Counted from the first letter of the stretch, positions 18,349-29,199 are shown. The stretch: DNA of 64,000 bases from Casimicrobiaceae bacterium (GCA_041911995.1 JAYRNW010000216.1:261-64260); one strand, 5' to 3'. A program made the numbers and translations. Notes: generated by a model not told the origin, from the sequence alone.

Positions 18349-19584
18349 TCAGGCGCGCGGCACGGGCTCGCCGCTGCCCACCGCCTGCAGCAGCGCCTGC
18401 CACTGCCGCGCGGCGATCCGCCGCTCGTAGCGCGCTTCGAGCAGCGCCCGCGCGTTGCTGCCCATGCGTTCGCGCCGCGGCACGTCGTCGCGCAGCGCGC
18501 GAATCGCGGCGACGAGCCCGGCGGCGTCGCCTTCGCGCACGCACAGGCCGCACTCGCTGCGGCGGACTTCCGCGCCGATCTCGCCGTCCGGGTCGCCGAT
18601 CGCGATCGCCGGGCGGCCCGCGGCGGCGATGCCGTAGAACTTGCTCGGGACGATCAGCCCTTCGAGCGCCGGCCGCAGCGTCACGACGTGAACGTCCGCG
18701 GCGCTCAGGCTCTCGTGCAGACGCTCGCGCGGCTGGTACGGCTCGAACCGCAGGCTCGCGAGGCCGCGCTCGCGCGCGGCGGTGGCGACCGCTCCCCGCT
18801 GCGCGCCGTCGCCGATCAGCAGGAACACGATTCCCGCGTCGTCGCGCAGCGCCGACGCGGCGTCGAGCAGCGTGCCGAACTCGTGCGCGCGGCCCATGTT
18901 GCCCGAATAGCCGACGACGAACCGGTCGCGCAGGTCCCAATCGCGCCGCAGCGCGTTCGCCTCGGGCGGCACCGGATGGATCGCGTCGCCGTCGGCCCAG
19001 TTCGGGATGACGGTCAGCGTCGCCGGGTCGATGCCGCGCGCCGCCACGCGATCGCGCATGCACTCGCCGATCGCGACGTTGGCGACCGCGGACCGCAGCG
19101 AAGCGTCGCGCATGCGCGCGGCCAGCCGTCCGATCGGCCCGCGCGCGACGCGCAAGCCGAGCTCGGCGGCGACCTCCGGAAACACGTCCTGCAGCCAGTT
19201 GACGTGGCGTGCGCCGCGAACGCGCGCGCACCAGCCCGCCGGCACCGACACGAGCGGCGGGTCGGTCTTGGCGACCACGACGTCGCCCCGCTCGAGCAGG
19301 CGCAGCAGCCGCGCCGCGACGGCGGCGTGGAACGTCAAGTAGTCGGCAGCGCGCCCCGCGAGCGCGCCGCGCCCGACCGCGGTCGAGCCGACGCGATGGA
19401 CGGTCACGCCGTCGCGCACCTCGCTGCGCGGCAGGCGCACCCCGGGCTCGTCGTACCGCAGGCGACTCGTCACGACGTGCACGTCGACGCCGTCCGCCGC
19501 CAGCGACGTCGCGAGGTCCGTCAGCATCTGGCTCGTCGCCGAATGATCGGGCGCGTAGAACCGGTTGACGAAGACGACCTTCAT
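18349..19584 (-). CDS. GT4 glycosyltransferase (WcaI/WbuB-like)
   Basis: MKVVFVNRFYAPD, KTDPP, WLQDVFPE, YSGNMGRAH, VPSKFYGIAAAGRP. Confidence 0.9.
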   Translation of the reverse strand: MKVVFVNRFYAPDHSATSQMLTDLATSLAADGVDVHVVTSRLRYDEPGVRLPRSEVRDGVTVHRVGSTAVGRGALAGRAADYLTFHAAVAARLLRLLERGDVVVAKTDPPLVSVPAGWCARVRGARHVNWLQDVFPEVAAELGLRVARGPIGRLAARMRDASLRSAVANVAIGECMRDRVAARGIDPATLTVIPNWADGDAIHPVPPEANALRRDWDLRDRFVVGYSGNMGRAHEFGTLLDAASALRDDAGIVFLLIGDGAQRGAVATAARERGLASLRFEPYQPRERLHESLSAADVHVVTLRPALEGLIVPSKFYGIAAAGRPAIAIGDPDGEIGAEVRRSECGLCVREGDAAGLVAAIRALRDDVPRRERMGSNARALLEARYERRIAARQWQALLQAVGSGEPVPRA

Positions 19585-21335
19585 CGCGCCTCGTCGCGCG
19601 TCACGACCCACGTGCCCAGCACGAGCACGTCCATGCGCGTGCGCAGGAAGCACGCGAGCGCCTCATCCGGCGTGCACGCGATCGGCTCGCTCTCGTTGAA
19701 CGACGTGTTGAGGACCATCGGCACGCCGGTGAGGTCGCGGAACGCCGCGATCAGCCGGTAGTAACGTGGGTTGTCCTCGCGCCGCACCGTCTGCAGCCGG
19801 CCCGTGCCGTCGGCGTGGGTCACCGCGGGGATCCGCGCGCGACGGTCCTCGCGAACGGGAAAGACGTGCGTCATGAACGGCACGTCGCCGTCCTGCTCGA
19901 ACCACTCGGGCACCGCCTCGCGCAGGATCGACGGCGCGAACGGCCGGAACGGCTCGCGGCGCTTGATCCGGACATTGAGGATGTCCTTCATGTCGGCGCG
20001 CCGGGGGTCGCCGAGGATCGACCGGTTGCCGAGCGCGCGCGGCCCCCACTCCATCCGGCCCTGGAACCAGCCGACGACTTTCGCGTCGGCGATCGCCGCC
20101 GCCACGCGACCGCACAGCGCGGCCTCGTCGTCGACGCACTCGACGCGGCAGCCGGCCGCGGCGAAGTCGGCGGTGCGCGCGCGCAGGAGCTCGCCGACCG
20201 TGCCGTCGTCGTACGCCGGCCCCCAGTACGCGTGCGTCATCGCCGGGACGCGCGTCCCGCCCAGCGCGTGCCACGCCGCGTACGCGGCGCCGAGCGCGCC
20301 GCCCGCATCGCCCGCCGCCGGCTGCACGAACACCTCGGTGAACGGCGTGTGCCGCGTCACCTTGCCGTTGGCGAGCGAGTTCATCGCGCAGCCGCCGGCG
20401 AGCGCCACCGCGGGAAGGCCGTGCCGCCGATGCACCGCGCCGAGCAGATGGAAGAGCGCGTCCTCGTACATCCGCTGCGCCGAGCACGCGAGGTCGCGGT
20501 GGCGCTGCTCGAGCGGCCCGTCGCGCTCGCGCGGCGGCCCGAGCAGGTCCGACAGCGCGGGCGCGTACAGCGTACCGACGCCCGGCGTCCCGCCGTCCCA
20601 CTCGTACTCGATCCGCTCCCGGTGGTGGCGAAAGTACGCGAGGTCGAGCGCGTAGCCGCCGTCGTCCTCCAGCCGCACGATGCGCCGCATCTCCGGCAGG
20701 AACGCCGGCTCGCCGTACGCCGCGAGGCCCATCACCTTGTACTCGTCGCCATAGTCCGGGAAGCCCAGGAACTGCGTGATCGCCTGGTAGAAGATGCCGA
20801 GCGAGTGCGGGAAGTGGACGCGGCCGTCGACGTCGATCCGCGTCCCGCCGCCGCGCCCCCACGCGGCGCTCGCGAAGTCGCCGAAGCCGTCCACCGATAC
20901 GACCGACGCCTCGGCGAGCGACGAGGCGTGGAACGCCGACGCCAGGTGCGCGACGTGGTGCTCGATCGCGTGCACGCGGCCGCGAAAGCGCGCGTCGGGA
21001 AACGCCGTCTGCAGCAGCGCGCCGATGCCGGCGCGCTCGCGCCGGTGGCGGATCCGGTCCAGCAGCAGGCCGACGTCGGGACGCCGGGCCAGCGCGAACG
21101 CGACCTTCCGGCCGAGGTTCGCCGCCGAATCCTGATTCACCGCGACGTGGTCGACGCCGGCGAGGTCGATGCCGGCCTCCTCCAGGCAATACGCAATGGC
21201 CTGCGCCGGGAACCCGGCCCAGTGCTTCACGCGGCGGAACCGTTCCTCCTCGGCCGCCGCGACGAGCACGCCATCGCGCAGCAGGCACGCCGCCGCGTCG
21301 CCGTGGAAGGCGTTGATGCCGAGGACCGTCGTCAC
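19581..21335 (-). CDS. Carbamoyltransferase (NodU/CmcH family)
   Basis: HGDAAACL, EEERF.RVKH, EHHVAH, EYKVMGLA, GPRALGNRS, LNTSFN. Confidence 0.95.
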   Translation of the reverse strand: MTTVLGINAFHGDAAACLLRDGVLVAAAEEERFRRVKHWAGFPAQAIAYCLEEAGIDLAGVDHVAVNQDSAANLGRKVAFALARRPDVGLLLDRIRHRRERAGIGALLQTAFPDARFRGRVHAIEHHVAHLASAFHASSLAEASVVSVDGFGDFASAAWGRGGGTRIDVDGRVHFPHSLGIFYQAITQFLGFPDYGDEYKVMGLAAYGEPAFLPEMRRIVRLEDDGGYALDLAYFRHHRERIEYEWDGGTPGVGTLYAPALSDLLGPPRERDGPLEQRHRDLACSAQRMYEDALFHLLGAVHRRHGLPAVALAGGCAMNSLANGKVTRHTPFTEVFVQPAAGDAGGALGAAYAAWHALGGTRVPAMTHAYWGPAYDDGTVGELLRARTADFAAAGCRVECVDDEAALCGRVAAAIADAKVVGWFQGRMEWGPRALGNRSILGDPRRADMKDILNVRIKRREPFRPFAPSILREAVPEWFEQDGDVPFMTHVFPVREDRRARIPAVTHADGTGRLQTVRREDNPRYYRLIAAFRDLTGVPMVLNTSFNESEPIACTPDEALACFLRTRMDVLVLGTWVVTRDEAR

Positions 21336-21377
21336 GCGCGCCTCGTTGCAGGTGGATGCGGCGTCGCGCCGGCGGGC

Positions 21378-21866
21378 CTATCGGCTCGCATGACGGCGCA
21401 GCGCTTCGGCGACGATGGCGACGGCCGCCGGCGGATCGTGCGAGGCCTTGGCGTCGCGCTGGCGCGCCAGTGCAGTGTGTACCGCGGTGCGCAGGTCAGG
21501 GGCTTCGGCCGCCCGCACGATGCGCCCGATGCCTGCCAGAGCGCGCGCGAACTCGACCTGGTGGTCGTCGACGTGCTCACCGTGCGCCGCCTGGCGCGAC
21601 ATCACCACCGGGACCTTGCCGGCGCGCACGGCCGTCAGCACCGACCCCGCGCCGGCGTGCATGATCAGCAGGTCGGCGTCCGCGACGCGGCGTTCGAATT
21701 CGTCCATCGGGACGAACGCCGCGCACGTGCAGTGCTCCGCCGCGAACGGCGTGCTGCCGTGCTGCACGAACACGGGCTGCGGCAGGTCCGCGACCAGCGT
21801 CGCCACCGCGTCGAGCAGCCGCGAGAACGGCTGCGTCGCGTTGCCGACGGTGACGAACGTGCTCAC
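21378..21866 (-). CDS. PssE/Cps14G (Alg13-like) glycosyltransferase subunit
   Basis: FVTVGN.TQPFSRL, MHAGAGS, EHVDDHQ. Confidence 0.9.
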   Translation of the reverse strand: MSTFVTVGNATQPFSRLLDAVATLVADLPQPVFVQHGSTPFAAEHCTCAAFVPMDEFERRVADADLLIMHAGAGSVLTAVRAGKVPVVMSRQAAHGEHVDDHQVEFARALAGIGRIVRAAEAPDLRTAVHTALARQRDAKASHDPPAAVAIVAEALRRHASR

Positions 21867-22306
21867 AGCAGCGCCCCGCAGCAGCGACCCTTGGGAAAGT
21901 ACCGCCGCAGGCCCTCCCACTGGTAGAAGAAGTCGTGCGCGAGCCGGTACATGAGCCGTCCCGTCAGCGACGGCCGGTCGACGCGCGTGATCGTCTCGAC
22001 GAACACGACGCGCGTGCCGAAGAGGATGCGCCCGACGAGCGCAAACGGCACGGCCGGGCCGGCGCCGGTGCTGAGGATCACCTGCGGCCGCTCGGCGCGC
22101 AGGATCGCGTACGCTTCGAACAAGTTGCGCAGGACGCGCCAGTCGCGCTCGGCGTGCGTGATGAATCGCGTCCGCCCGACCATGTCCGGCGGCAGCAGCG
22201 CTGCGTCGTTGAGCACGTAGAAGTGCTCGTAGCCGGCGTAGGCAGGCGCAAGGCAGCGCACCTCGGTCAGGTGGCCGCCGCACGACGAGACGATGCACAC
22301 CTTCAT
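21863..22306 (-). CDS. PssD/Cps14F (Alg14-like) glycosyltransferase subunit
   Basis: MKVCIVSSCGGHLTE, STGAGPAVP, VFVETITRV..PSLTGR, YQW. Confidence 0.9.
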   Translation of the reverse strand: MKVCIVSSCGGHLTEVRCLAPAYAGYEHFYVLNDAALLPPDMVGRTRFITHAERDWRVLRNLFEAYAILRAERPQVILSTGAGPAVPFALVGRILFGTRVVFVETITRVDRPSLTGRLMYRLAHDFFYQWEGLRRYFPKGRCCGALL

Positions 22307-22395
22307 CGGTCGCGTGCCCCCCGCGGACAGCGCCGCTTCGCGCCTGGCGTCGGCCGGTCCCGGCGCGGCGGATTCGCGGTCGTGGGTCACGGTGA

Positions 22396-23529
22396 TCACA
22401 CGTGCGCCGTGCGCTCGATCGCGGCGAGCGTGCCTGCGCATGCGGCATCCCAGTCGAGGCGGCCGGCCGCGGCGAGACTGCGCGCCGACTGCGCCGCATA
22501 CGCGCCGGCGTCGTCCATGATCGTCGCGACGGCTTCCGCGAGACCCTGCCAGTCACCGGGCGCGAACGCGAGCGCGTCCTCGCCCGCGACCTCCGCGTTG
22601 CCGGGCGTTCGCGCGATCGCCACCGGCAACGCCCGCGCCATCGCCTCGGCGAGCGGGAAACCGAACGACTCGCACAGCGAAGGGAACACCAGCACGTCGA
22701 GCTCGTCGTAGAGCGCGGCCACGGCGTCGCGACCGAGCTCGCCGCGGTTGTCGACGCGCGCGCCGATGCCGAGCGCGTCCGCGTCGCGCAAAACCTCCGC
22801 CACGCCCGGGACCCGGGGGTCGAGCGTCAGGACGAGCGTAACGTCGCGCCCGCGCTGCGCCAACGAGCGGATCGCGCGCAGCGCCGTCGCGAAGTCCTTC
22901 TGCACGCCGAACTTGCTGACGTAGCCGATTCGCCACGGACGGCCGCTCGGCCACGGGCGCGGCCGGTCCACGTGCGTCGCCAGTCCCGGCCCGTGCGCGA
23001 CGACGTCGATCCGCGCGCGGGGAACGTCGGCCTGCGTCGCGATGGCCGCGGCGAGCGCCGCCGTCTGGACGATCACCCGGTCTGCGCTGCGGACCGACGC
23101 GCGCACCCACGCGCTCTTGCGCCGCCACGCCCACACCGCGGCCCGCGTGCCGGCGTAGCGCTCCATCAGGCGCTTGAACTCCGGCGAGAAGTGGCCCGCG
23201 TGCTGCTCGAGCAACAGCGTGGGGCATGCGACCCGCCGCCGCGGCAGGTAATTGGTTTGCGAGAAGAGCACGTCGGCGCCGATCCGGCGGACGAGCGCGG
23301 GCAGCGCCAGCTCGTACCAGCCGATGACGCGCACCGCGGATCGCCCGAACCACGGGAACGTCCACGTGGTGACGGTCCGGGGCAAAATTTCCTGCCGTGC
23401 GACGGTCCGGTCGACGGCGGCATGCCACTCGATGTCGGGCCGGCGCTGCGCCATGCCGGCGAGCAGCCGCGACAGGACGACCAGTGACCCGCCCTCCTTC
23501 ACCGAGATCGCGTTGACCAGCACCTTCAT
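22396..23529 (-). CDS. GT4 glycosyltransferase
   Basis: MKVLVNAIS..EGG; FPSLCESFGFPLAEAMA. Confidence 0.9.
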   Translation of the reverse strand: MKVLVNAISVKEGGSLVVLSRLLAGMAQRRPDIEWHAAVDRTVARQEILPRTVTTWTFPWFGRSAVRVIGWYELALPALVRRIGADVLFSQTNYLPRRRVACPTLLLEQHAGHFSPEFKRLMERYAGTRAAVWAWRRKSAWVRASVRSADRVIVQTAALAAAIATQADVPRARIDVVAHGPGLATHVDRPRPWPSGRPWRIGYVSKFGVQKDFATALRAIRSLAQRGRDVTLVLTLDPRVPGVAEVLRDADALGIGARVDNRGELGRDAVAALYDELDVLVFPSLCESFGFPLAEAMARALPVAIARTPGNAEVAGEDALAFAPGDWQGLAEAVATIMDDAGAYAAQSARSLAAAGRLDWDAACAGTLAAIERTAHV

Positions 23530-24314
23530 GCGGTCCGGCTCCGCGCGCGCTGGACGAGACCCAGGTAGTCCCAGTCGCCCCGCACGATCGCCTCGAGGTC
23601 GTCGAGCGAGCAATCGCGCGCGACGTTGATCCGGGGAAACGCCATCGCGTCGAAGCCCTCGCGTACCGGACCGTGGAGGCCGCCCGCCGCGAAGCGGTAA
23701 CCGCTTGCCGCCACGCGGCGACGCAGTGGTGCCGTGCTGCGGCCCCATGGATAGGCGAGATGGCGGCAATCGGTGCCGAGGCGGCTTTCGATCGCCGCGC
23801 GGGACCTTCGCAACTGGTCGTCGCACTGCGCCTCCGGCAGTTCGGTGAAGTCGACATGGTCGACGCCGTGCGATCCGACGGTCCATCCGGCGCGCGCGAG
23901 CGCTTCGAGGTCCCGCCAGCGCATGAACGACTCGCCGGGGTAGTGCCCGAGCCGCGGTTCGGACGCGACCACCTCGCGTTCGGCGATGCACGCCGTGTTG
24001 ACGTAGACGGTCGCCGGCGCCCCGATCGCGGCAAGAACGGGGAACGCCGCGTCCTGCACGCTGGCGTAGCCGTCGTCAAACGTCAACGCGACCTCGAGCC
24101 CCGAATGCGGCCCCGGCTCCAGCAGCGCGTCGAGCGCGACGATGCGCGCCGCGCCTGCCAGCCATTCGACCTGGCGGCGAAACGCGGCCGTGGCGAGCGC
24201 CCACGGACCGTCGCCCACCGCGTGGTACAGGAGCACGATCCGGCGGGCGTCCGACCGCGACAGCCATCCGACGGCCTTGCCGATGCGGCGCTTCCAGACG
24301 AGATTGGTCGCCAT
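23526..24314 (-). CDS. Polysaccharide deacetylase (CE4)
   Basis: LLYH, LTFDDGY, GSHGVDH, AYPWG. Confidence 0.92.
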   Translation of the reverse strand: MATNLVWKRRIGKAVGWLSRSDARRIVLLYHAVGDGPWALATAAFRRQVEWLAGAARIVALDALLEPGPHSGLEVALTFDDGYASVQDAAFPVLAAIGAPATVYVNTACIAEREVVASEPRLGHYPGESFMRWRDLEALARAGWTVGSHGVDHVDFTELPEAQCDDQLRRSRAAIESRLGTDCRHLAYPWGRSTAPLRRRVAASGYRFAAGGLHGPVREGFDAMAFPRINVARDCSLDDLEAIVRGDWDYLGLVQRARSRTA

Positions 24315-24324
24315 GTCGTCGCGA

Positions 24325-25620
24325 TCACCGCCGGCCGCGACCGGCGCCCGCCGCCAAGTGCCAGTGTTCGTCAGCAGCGGGTAGCGCGCCTCGCCTGCGC
24401 GCGGCGAGCCACCTGCGCGTGTCGGCGTTCAGGCCGAGCGCAACGCCGCACAGCGCCCAGAAGTACGCCGCTTCCGGGGAACCCGGCGCGACCCACCACG
24501 CCTCGAACAGCGATTGCGCGATCTGGCCGGCGAGCGCGCCCAGCACGATCGCGCCCATGACCTTGCGGTCGCGCTCGGCCGACTGCCGCACCGGCACGGC
24601 GGCGGCGCGAAACAGCGTGAACAGGACGACCAGGTACAGCACGAAGCCCACGACCCCCGTCTCCTCGAAGATGGCGAGTTGGGAGTTGCCCTTCTCGCGT
24701 CCGTAGCCGACGGCTGTGACCCCTACGATGAACGCAGTGTCGCCGATCGTAACGCCGAATCCGCCGCCGACGAGGCCACCTTCGACGGCAAGCTCGTAGG
24801 ACTCCTCCCAGACGTCCCGCCGCGAGCCGAGGATCTCGCCCTCCGCGTCGTCGGCGACCTTCCGCACGTAGCGCTGCTCGAGCGTGGTGAGGACGTCGGG
24901 CACGGCCGCGATCGCGCCCACTGCCACGACGACAACGATCGCATAGGCGACGGCGTTGCGCCGCACGCCCACGACCGCGAGAAACGCAACGCACGTCACG
25001 ATTGCGGCGAGGATCGAGGAACGCGAGACCGACATCAAGAGTACCGCGATGACGAATGCGAGCAGTCCCAACCAGACGACCAGCCGGCGCGGCGTGGCAC
25101 GCGTGCGGTAACTGTGCCAGAGCAGCAGCGGGATCGCCATGTTCATCAGCGACCCCAGCATGTTCGGATTGCCTGCGAGTCCGCCATAAAGCGACAGCGA
25201 GCCTGTCGGCTGCTCGATGCCCTGTTGTCCGAACGCGCCGGCGAAGAGCGCAAGCGCCAGCAATGGAAAGAGATAATCGAGCGACCGCCGCCAGCCGAGC
25301 CGCGCGACCCACTGCTGTCCGCCGGCCACCAGCCCGACGGCGACCAGCGCGAACGCGCCCGACTTCATCAGCGTCAGTTCAGGGACCCCCGACCAGAAGT
25401 AGGTCACCCCGCACCAGGTCAGATACGCGACGATCGCGATGCCGGCGCCGTGCCGCAGGATGGCGAAGGCCCGGCCGGAACCGAGTAGGACGACGGCGAG
25501 TACGGCGACTACCCCCCACCTCACCGTCGTCGTAAAGACCACGTTGACGTATGCGATCGCCGGGCCGACGAACGCCAGCACGGCGAGGGGAAACGCGAGC
25601 AGCCAGAGGTTGCTCTTCAC
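24325..25620 (-). CDS. Wzy-like O-antigen polymerase/ligase membrane protein
   Basis: Many TM helices; GNPNMLG, SVSRSS, G.GFG, EETGVVG; inside the GT operon; start approximate. Confidence 0.8.
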   Translation of the reverse strand: MKSNLWLLAFPLAVLAFVGPAIAYVNVVFTTTVRWGVVAVLAVVLLGSGRAFAILRHGAGIAIVAYLTWCGVTYFWSGVPELTLMKSGAFALVAVGLVAGGQQWVARLGWRRSLDYLFPLLALALFAGAFGQQGIEQPTGSLSLYGGLAGNPNMLGSLMNMAIPLLLWHSYRTRATPRRLVVWLGLLAFVIAVLLMSVSRSSILAAIVTCVAFLAVVGVRRNAVAYAIVVVVAVGAIAAVPDVLTTLEQRYVRKVADDAEGEILGSRRDVWEESYELAVEGGLVGGGFGVTIGDTAFIVGVTAVGYGREKGNSQLAIFEETGVVGFVLYLVVLFTLFRAAAVPVRQSAERDRKVMGAIVLGALAGQIAQSLFEAWWVAPGSPEAAYFWALCGVALGLNADTRRWLAARRRGALPAADEHWHLAAGAGRGRR

Positions 25621-25692
25621 GTCGCAGAGACGCGCCCGATGACGCCTGGCCATGCCGCGCCGCCTCCCGTGCGCACGACGACCGGCGTCATC

Positions 25693-26829
25693 TCATGCCT
25701 CCCGGGCCCGGTGCCACGCGGCCACCACGCAGTCCGCCTCGGCTTCGATGGTCCAGTCGGCAATCAGGCGGCGAGCCGCAGCCCCCATCGCCGCGCGCAG
25801 CGCCGCGTCGCCAGCGATGCGCACCATCGCCGTCCCGACCGCATCGGCATCGACGGCCTGGACAACGAGGCCCGTCCGTCCGTCCACGACGAGGTCGTCG
25901 ACGCAACCCACGCGCGCCGACGCGATCACCGGCAGGCCCGCCGCCATCGCTTCGTTGACGACGAGCCCCCACGGCTCGAACCGCGACGGCAACACGAGGA
26001 CGTCGGCGGCCGCATAGGCGGCCGTCAGCGCGTCGCCGCTCAACCGCCCGGAGCAACGGACGCGCGGCAGCGCTTGCTGCGCGCGTTCCGTCGCGTCACG
26101 CAGCGGACCGTCGCCGACGACGTGCAGGTGCTGATGCGGACTGGCAGCGCTCGCGCGCGCGAACGCGTCGATCAGCACGTCGACCCCCTTGTCGGCGGTC
26201 AGGCGACCGACGAAGAGGAACTGGCAGTCGCCTGGCGCGACCCCCATACCGGCGCGATGCGCGGCGCGCGACGCGGCGGGGACCGCGGTCACCGCACGCG
26301 CAATCGCGTCGACGTCCACGGTCATCTGCGCGACCGCGATCCGGGACTCGGGCACCCCGTAGCGCTGCAGGTATCGCTTCTGGCGGGTGCCACCGGGCAA
26401 GAACATCGTGGGCATCTTCAGCATCGCGGGATAGAGCAGCGCCTTCGCGGCCCGCCTGCGCCACGGCTGCGCGGGGACCATCGTCGAGTCGGATTCTACG
26501 GCGATCGGCAGTCCGCGAAGCCGTCCCGACACCATCGCCGCCATGAGCACCGGATGTCCCCAGCCGGCCAAGTGGAGCAGCCCGTACGCTCGCTCGCGCA
26601 AACGCCGCGCGATCGCGCGCGACGCCGCGAACGTGCCGGGCGGCAGATATTCGGCGACGAGGCCCTCCAGCGTCGCGTGCCACGGTTGCGAGGCGTTCGC
26701 CTCGATGAAGAGCGACTCGACGGGCGCCCCGGCGCGCGCCGCGACGGCGCGGATCAGCGCGAGGATGTACGGCGCGGGCTCGACGTAGACCATCAACACC
26801 GGCCGGTCCGCGCCGCGATCAGCACCCAT
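25693..26829 (-). CDS. GT4 glycosyltransferase
   Basis: FVGRL...KG, LPSRFEPWGLVVNEAMAAGLPV. Confidence 0.92.
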   Translation of the reverse strand: MGADRGADRPVLMVYVEPAPYILALIRAVAARAGAPVESLFIEANASQPWHATLEGLVAEYLPPGTFAASRAIARRLRERAYGLLHLAGWGHPVLMAAMVSGRLRGLPIAVESDSTMVPAQPWRRRAAKALLYPAMLKMPTMFLPGGTRQKRYLQRYGVPESRIAVAQMTVDVDAIARAVTAVPAASRAAHRAGMGVAPGDCQFLFVGRLTADKGVDVLIDAFARASAASPHQHLHVVGDGPLRDATERAQQALPRVRCSGRLSGDALTAAYAAADVLVLPSRFEPWGLVVNEAMAAGLPVIASARVGCVDDLVVDGRTGLVVQAVDADAVGTAMVRIAGDAALRAAMGAAARRLIADWTIEAEADCVVAAWHRAREA

Positions 26830-28006
26830 GGACAGCCTCCGCGAGAACGGCGGCGAGCTTCTCGGCATGCCGCGCCCACGTGTACTCGGCGCAGACGTGC
26901 CGCTGGCCCGCCGCGGCGATGGCGCGCATGGCGGGCCGTTCTTCCATCGCCGACCGCATCGCCGTGCAGAGCGCGTCGACGTCGTTCGGGCGCACGAGCA
27001 GCCCGGTCACGCCATCCTCGATGAAGGCGGACGGGCCCTGTCCGGCGACGCCGATCGCGAGCAGGCCGAGCGCCATCGCCTCGACGTACGCGATGCCGAA
27101 GGCTTCGCGGTAGGAGGGGAGCACGAAGGCGTCCGCGCAGGCGACCCTCCGCAAGGTGACGTTGTGCGGAAGCCTTCCGTGGAAGGCCACCTTCCCGCGC
27201 AGGCCGAGCTCGGCGGTCAACGCCTCGAGGCGCACGCGTTCGGCACCTTCCCCGACGACGTCGTACGTCCAGTCGACCATACCCTCATGCGCGAGCCGGC
27301 CCAGTGCCCGGAGCACGAGGTCGATCCCCTTGCCTTCGTGCAGGTTCGCCACGCTGATCCAGCGCAACGTCCCGTCGTGCGCATCGGGCGCGCCTCCCTG
27401 GGGTGCCTCGGGCAGCGCGAATCCGTTCGGCACCACGCGAAAGCGGTCGTCGCGGCCGGCGAGTTCCGCGTAGGTCGCCCGCAGAGGCTCGCCGACCAGC
27501 ACGACGCGCGCGGCTGCGTTCAGCGCGTCGTGCATGCGCCTGCGTTTCCACGGCGTGTCGAGCAACCGCGGTGCGGGATTGATGCCGTGCACGGTCACGA
27601 CAAACGGGAGGCGCAGCCCGGCTGCGATCGGACGGATGGCGTGCCCGACACCTTCGGTGTGCACGTGCAGGACGTCGGGCCGGAACGCACGGGCGCGGCG
27701 GACGATCGCTCGCCGTGTCCCGGCGCGAAAGAGCGGGCCGGCAAGCTCGTTCCAGTAGTTGCGGGGAATGCTCAAATGGTGGGCGACTTCGACGTTCAGG
27801 GCGGTATCGAAGAGCCCCGTCCGTACGCGCGGGCGCCGCCAGTCTGGATGGAACGCCGCGAGGATTCGTGGCGTCCACGGCCGCACGACGAGTACCGACA
27901 CGGCCACGCCGGCTTCGCGCAGCGCGGTGACCGAGTGCAGGACGAAGCTCCCCGACGGATCCTGCGGATCGCCGGGGAACCATGGCGTGACCACCAACAC
28001 GCGCAT
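26819..28006 (-). CDS. GT4 glycosyltransferase (TuaC-like)
   Basis: MRVLVVTPWFP, VTVHG, PSYREAFGIAYVEAMA. Confidence 0.9.
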   Translation of the reverse strand: MRVLVVTPWFPGDPQDPSGSFVLHSVTALREAGVAVSVLVVRPWTPRILAAFHPDWRRPRVRTGLFDTALNVEVAHHLSIPRNYWNELAGPLFRAGTRRAIVRRARAFRPDVLHVHTEGVGHAIRPIAAGLRLPFVVTVHGINPAPRLLDTPWKRRRMHDALNAAARVVLVGEPLRATYAELAGRDDRFRVVPNGFALPEAPQGGAPDAHDGTLRWISVANLHEGKGIDLVLRALGRLAHEGMVDWTYDVVGEGAERVRLEALTAELGLRGKVAFHGRLPHNVTLRRVACADAFVLPSYREAFGIAYVEAMALGLLAIGVAGQGPSAFIEDGVTGLLVRPNDVDALCTAMRSAMEERPAMRAIAAAGQRHVCAEYTWARHAEKLAAVLAEAVHGC

Positions 28007-28008
28007 CG

Positions 28009-29148
28009 TCACCCCTCGAGGCCGAGCGTCCGGAACAACAGCGCGAACCGCCGGGCCCACGTGTGGTCGGCGGTTGCGCGCCGGCGCCCCGCCTCGGCGA
28101 TCCGCCTGCGCTCTTCGTCATGATCGAGGTAGTGGCGGATCTTGGCGACGAGCTCGTCCACGCTCGCCCAGGTCTCGACCTCCACGCCCGGACGGAAGAA
28201 CGCCTCGTACTCGGCGACCCGCTCGACGAGGTAGAAGCCGCCGGCGAGCGGCACCTCGAAATCGCGAAGCTTGACCTGCGTGGCGCCGGGACGGTCCGGG
28301 TCGTCGCCCGTCATCCGCGTGAAGCCCAGGTTGACCGCGCTGCGTGCGAACAGCGAGGCGAGCGCCGCGTCGGGCACGAAGCCCTTGCACAGCGCAGCGG
28401 GCAGCGGATCGGCGGCGCGGTCGCCACTGCGCGCCACCCGTCGCCCCGCCGCTGCGAGCAGGCCCGCCGCCCCCTCGGCGCGCCACTTCGGCGCGAGGTA
28501 GTGCCGCACGTCGTGCAGCACCTTCTCGCGTGTGGCGGGTGCGGATGCCTGGCGCTGCTCCTGCCAGTACTTGCCGTAGACCGCGAGCGGAATGCCGGCG
28601 CGGTGAAGCCGCTGCAGGACGCGGGTCCGATACGGCATCGGCGTGCCGACGAACGTCACCGGCGCCGCGGGCTCGAACGCCGCCTCCGCGGGCGCCGGCG
28701 CTGGAGGCGCAATGCCGGCCATCGGGAAGTGCAGCACCCGCGGGTTGTACCGCGCCAGCCGGTCCATGTTCGCGCGCTGCGCGCACAGCATCAGCGAGAA
28801 GTACGGCGCCGTACGCGTCTGCCGGTACCACTGCGTCAACATGTCGACGTTGTAGTTGACGAGCGGGACGCGAAGCCCGGCCAGCGCGCGTGCCGTGTCC
28901 ACGTCGAGGAAGTCGTCGTAGACGTAGCAGAACACGAGGTCGAGGCCGGCACCCGAGCGAAGCGCCTCGGCCTGCGCGAGCAGCGCGCGGTTCTTCGCCG
29001 CGCGCTCCGGCGCCCGCGCGCGGCCGTAGAACTCGCCGACCGCGGGGCCGTACCGGAACACGGTGACGCCGTGGCCGAGCGCGCGCAGCGAGCCCGCGAG
29101 GTGCGTCTCCGCCCACGATCCGCTCTCGATGACGCAGAGGATGTTCAA
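28009..29148 (-). CDS. CgeB-like glycosyltransferase (Glyco_trans_1_2)
   Basis: VTFVG...YR, VYG.YW, KLRDFEVP.AGGF, HTW..R. Confidence 0.85.
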   Translation of the reverse strand: MNILCVIESGSWAETHLAGSLRALGHGVTVFRYGPAVGEFYGRARAPERAAKNRALLAQAEALRSGAGLDLVFCYVYDDFLDVDTARALAGLRVPLVNYNVDMLTQWYRQTRTAPYFSLMLCAQRANMDRLARYNPRVLHFPMAGIAPPAPAPAEAAFEPAAPVTFVGTPMPYRTRVLQRLHRAGIPLAVYGKYWQEQRQASAPATREKVLHDVRHYLAPKWRAEGAAGLLAAAGRRVARSGDRAADPLPAALCKGFVPDAALASLFARSAVNLGFTRMTGDDPDRPGATQVKLRDFEVPLAGGFYLVERVAEYEAFFRPGVEVETWASVDELVAKIRHYLDHDEERRRIAEAGRRRATADHTWARRFALLFRTLGLEG

Positions 29149-29199
29149 GCTTCGCGAGGTGTCGTTGCGTGCAGGTCGACGGGAACCGGCGGCAGTGCG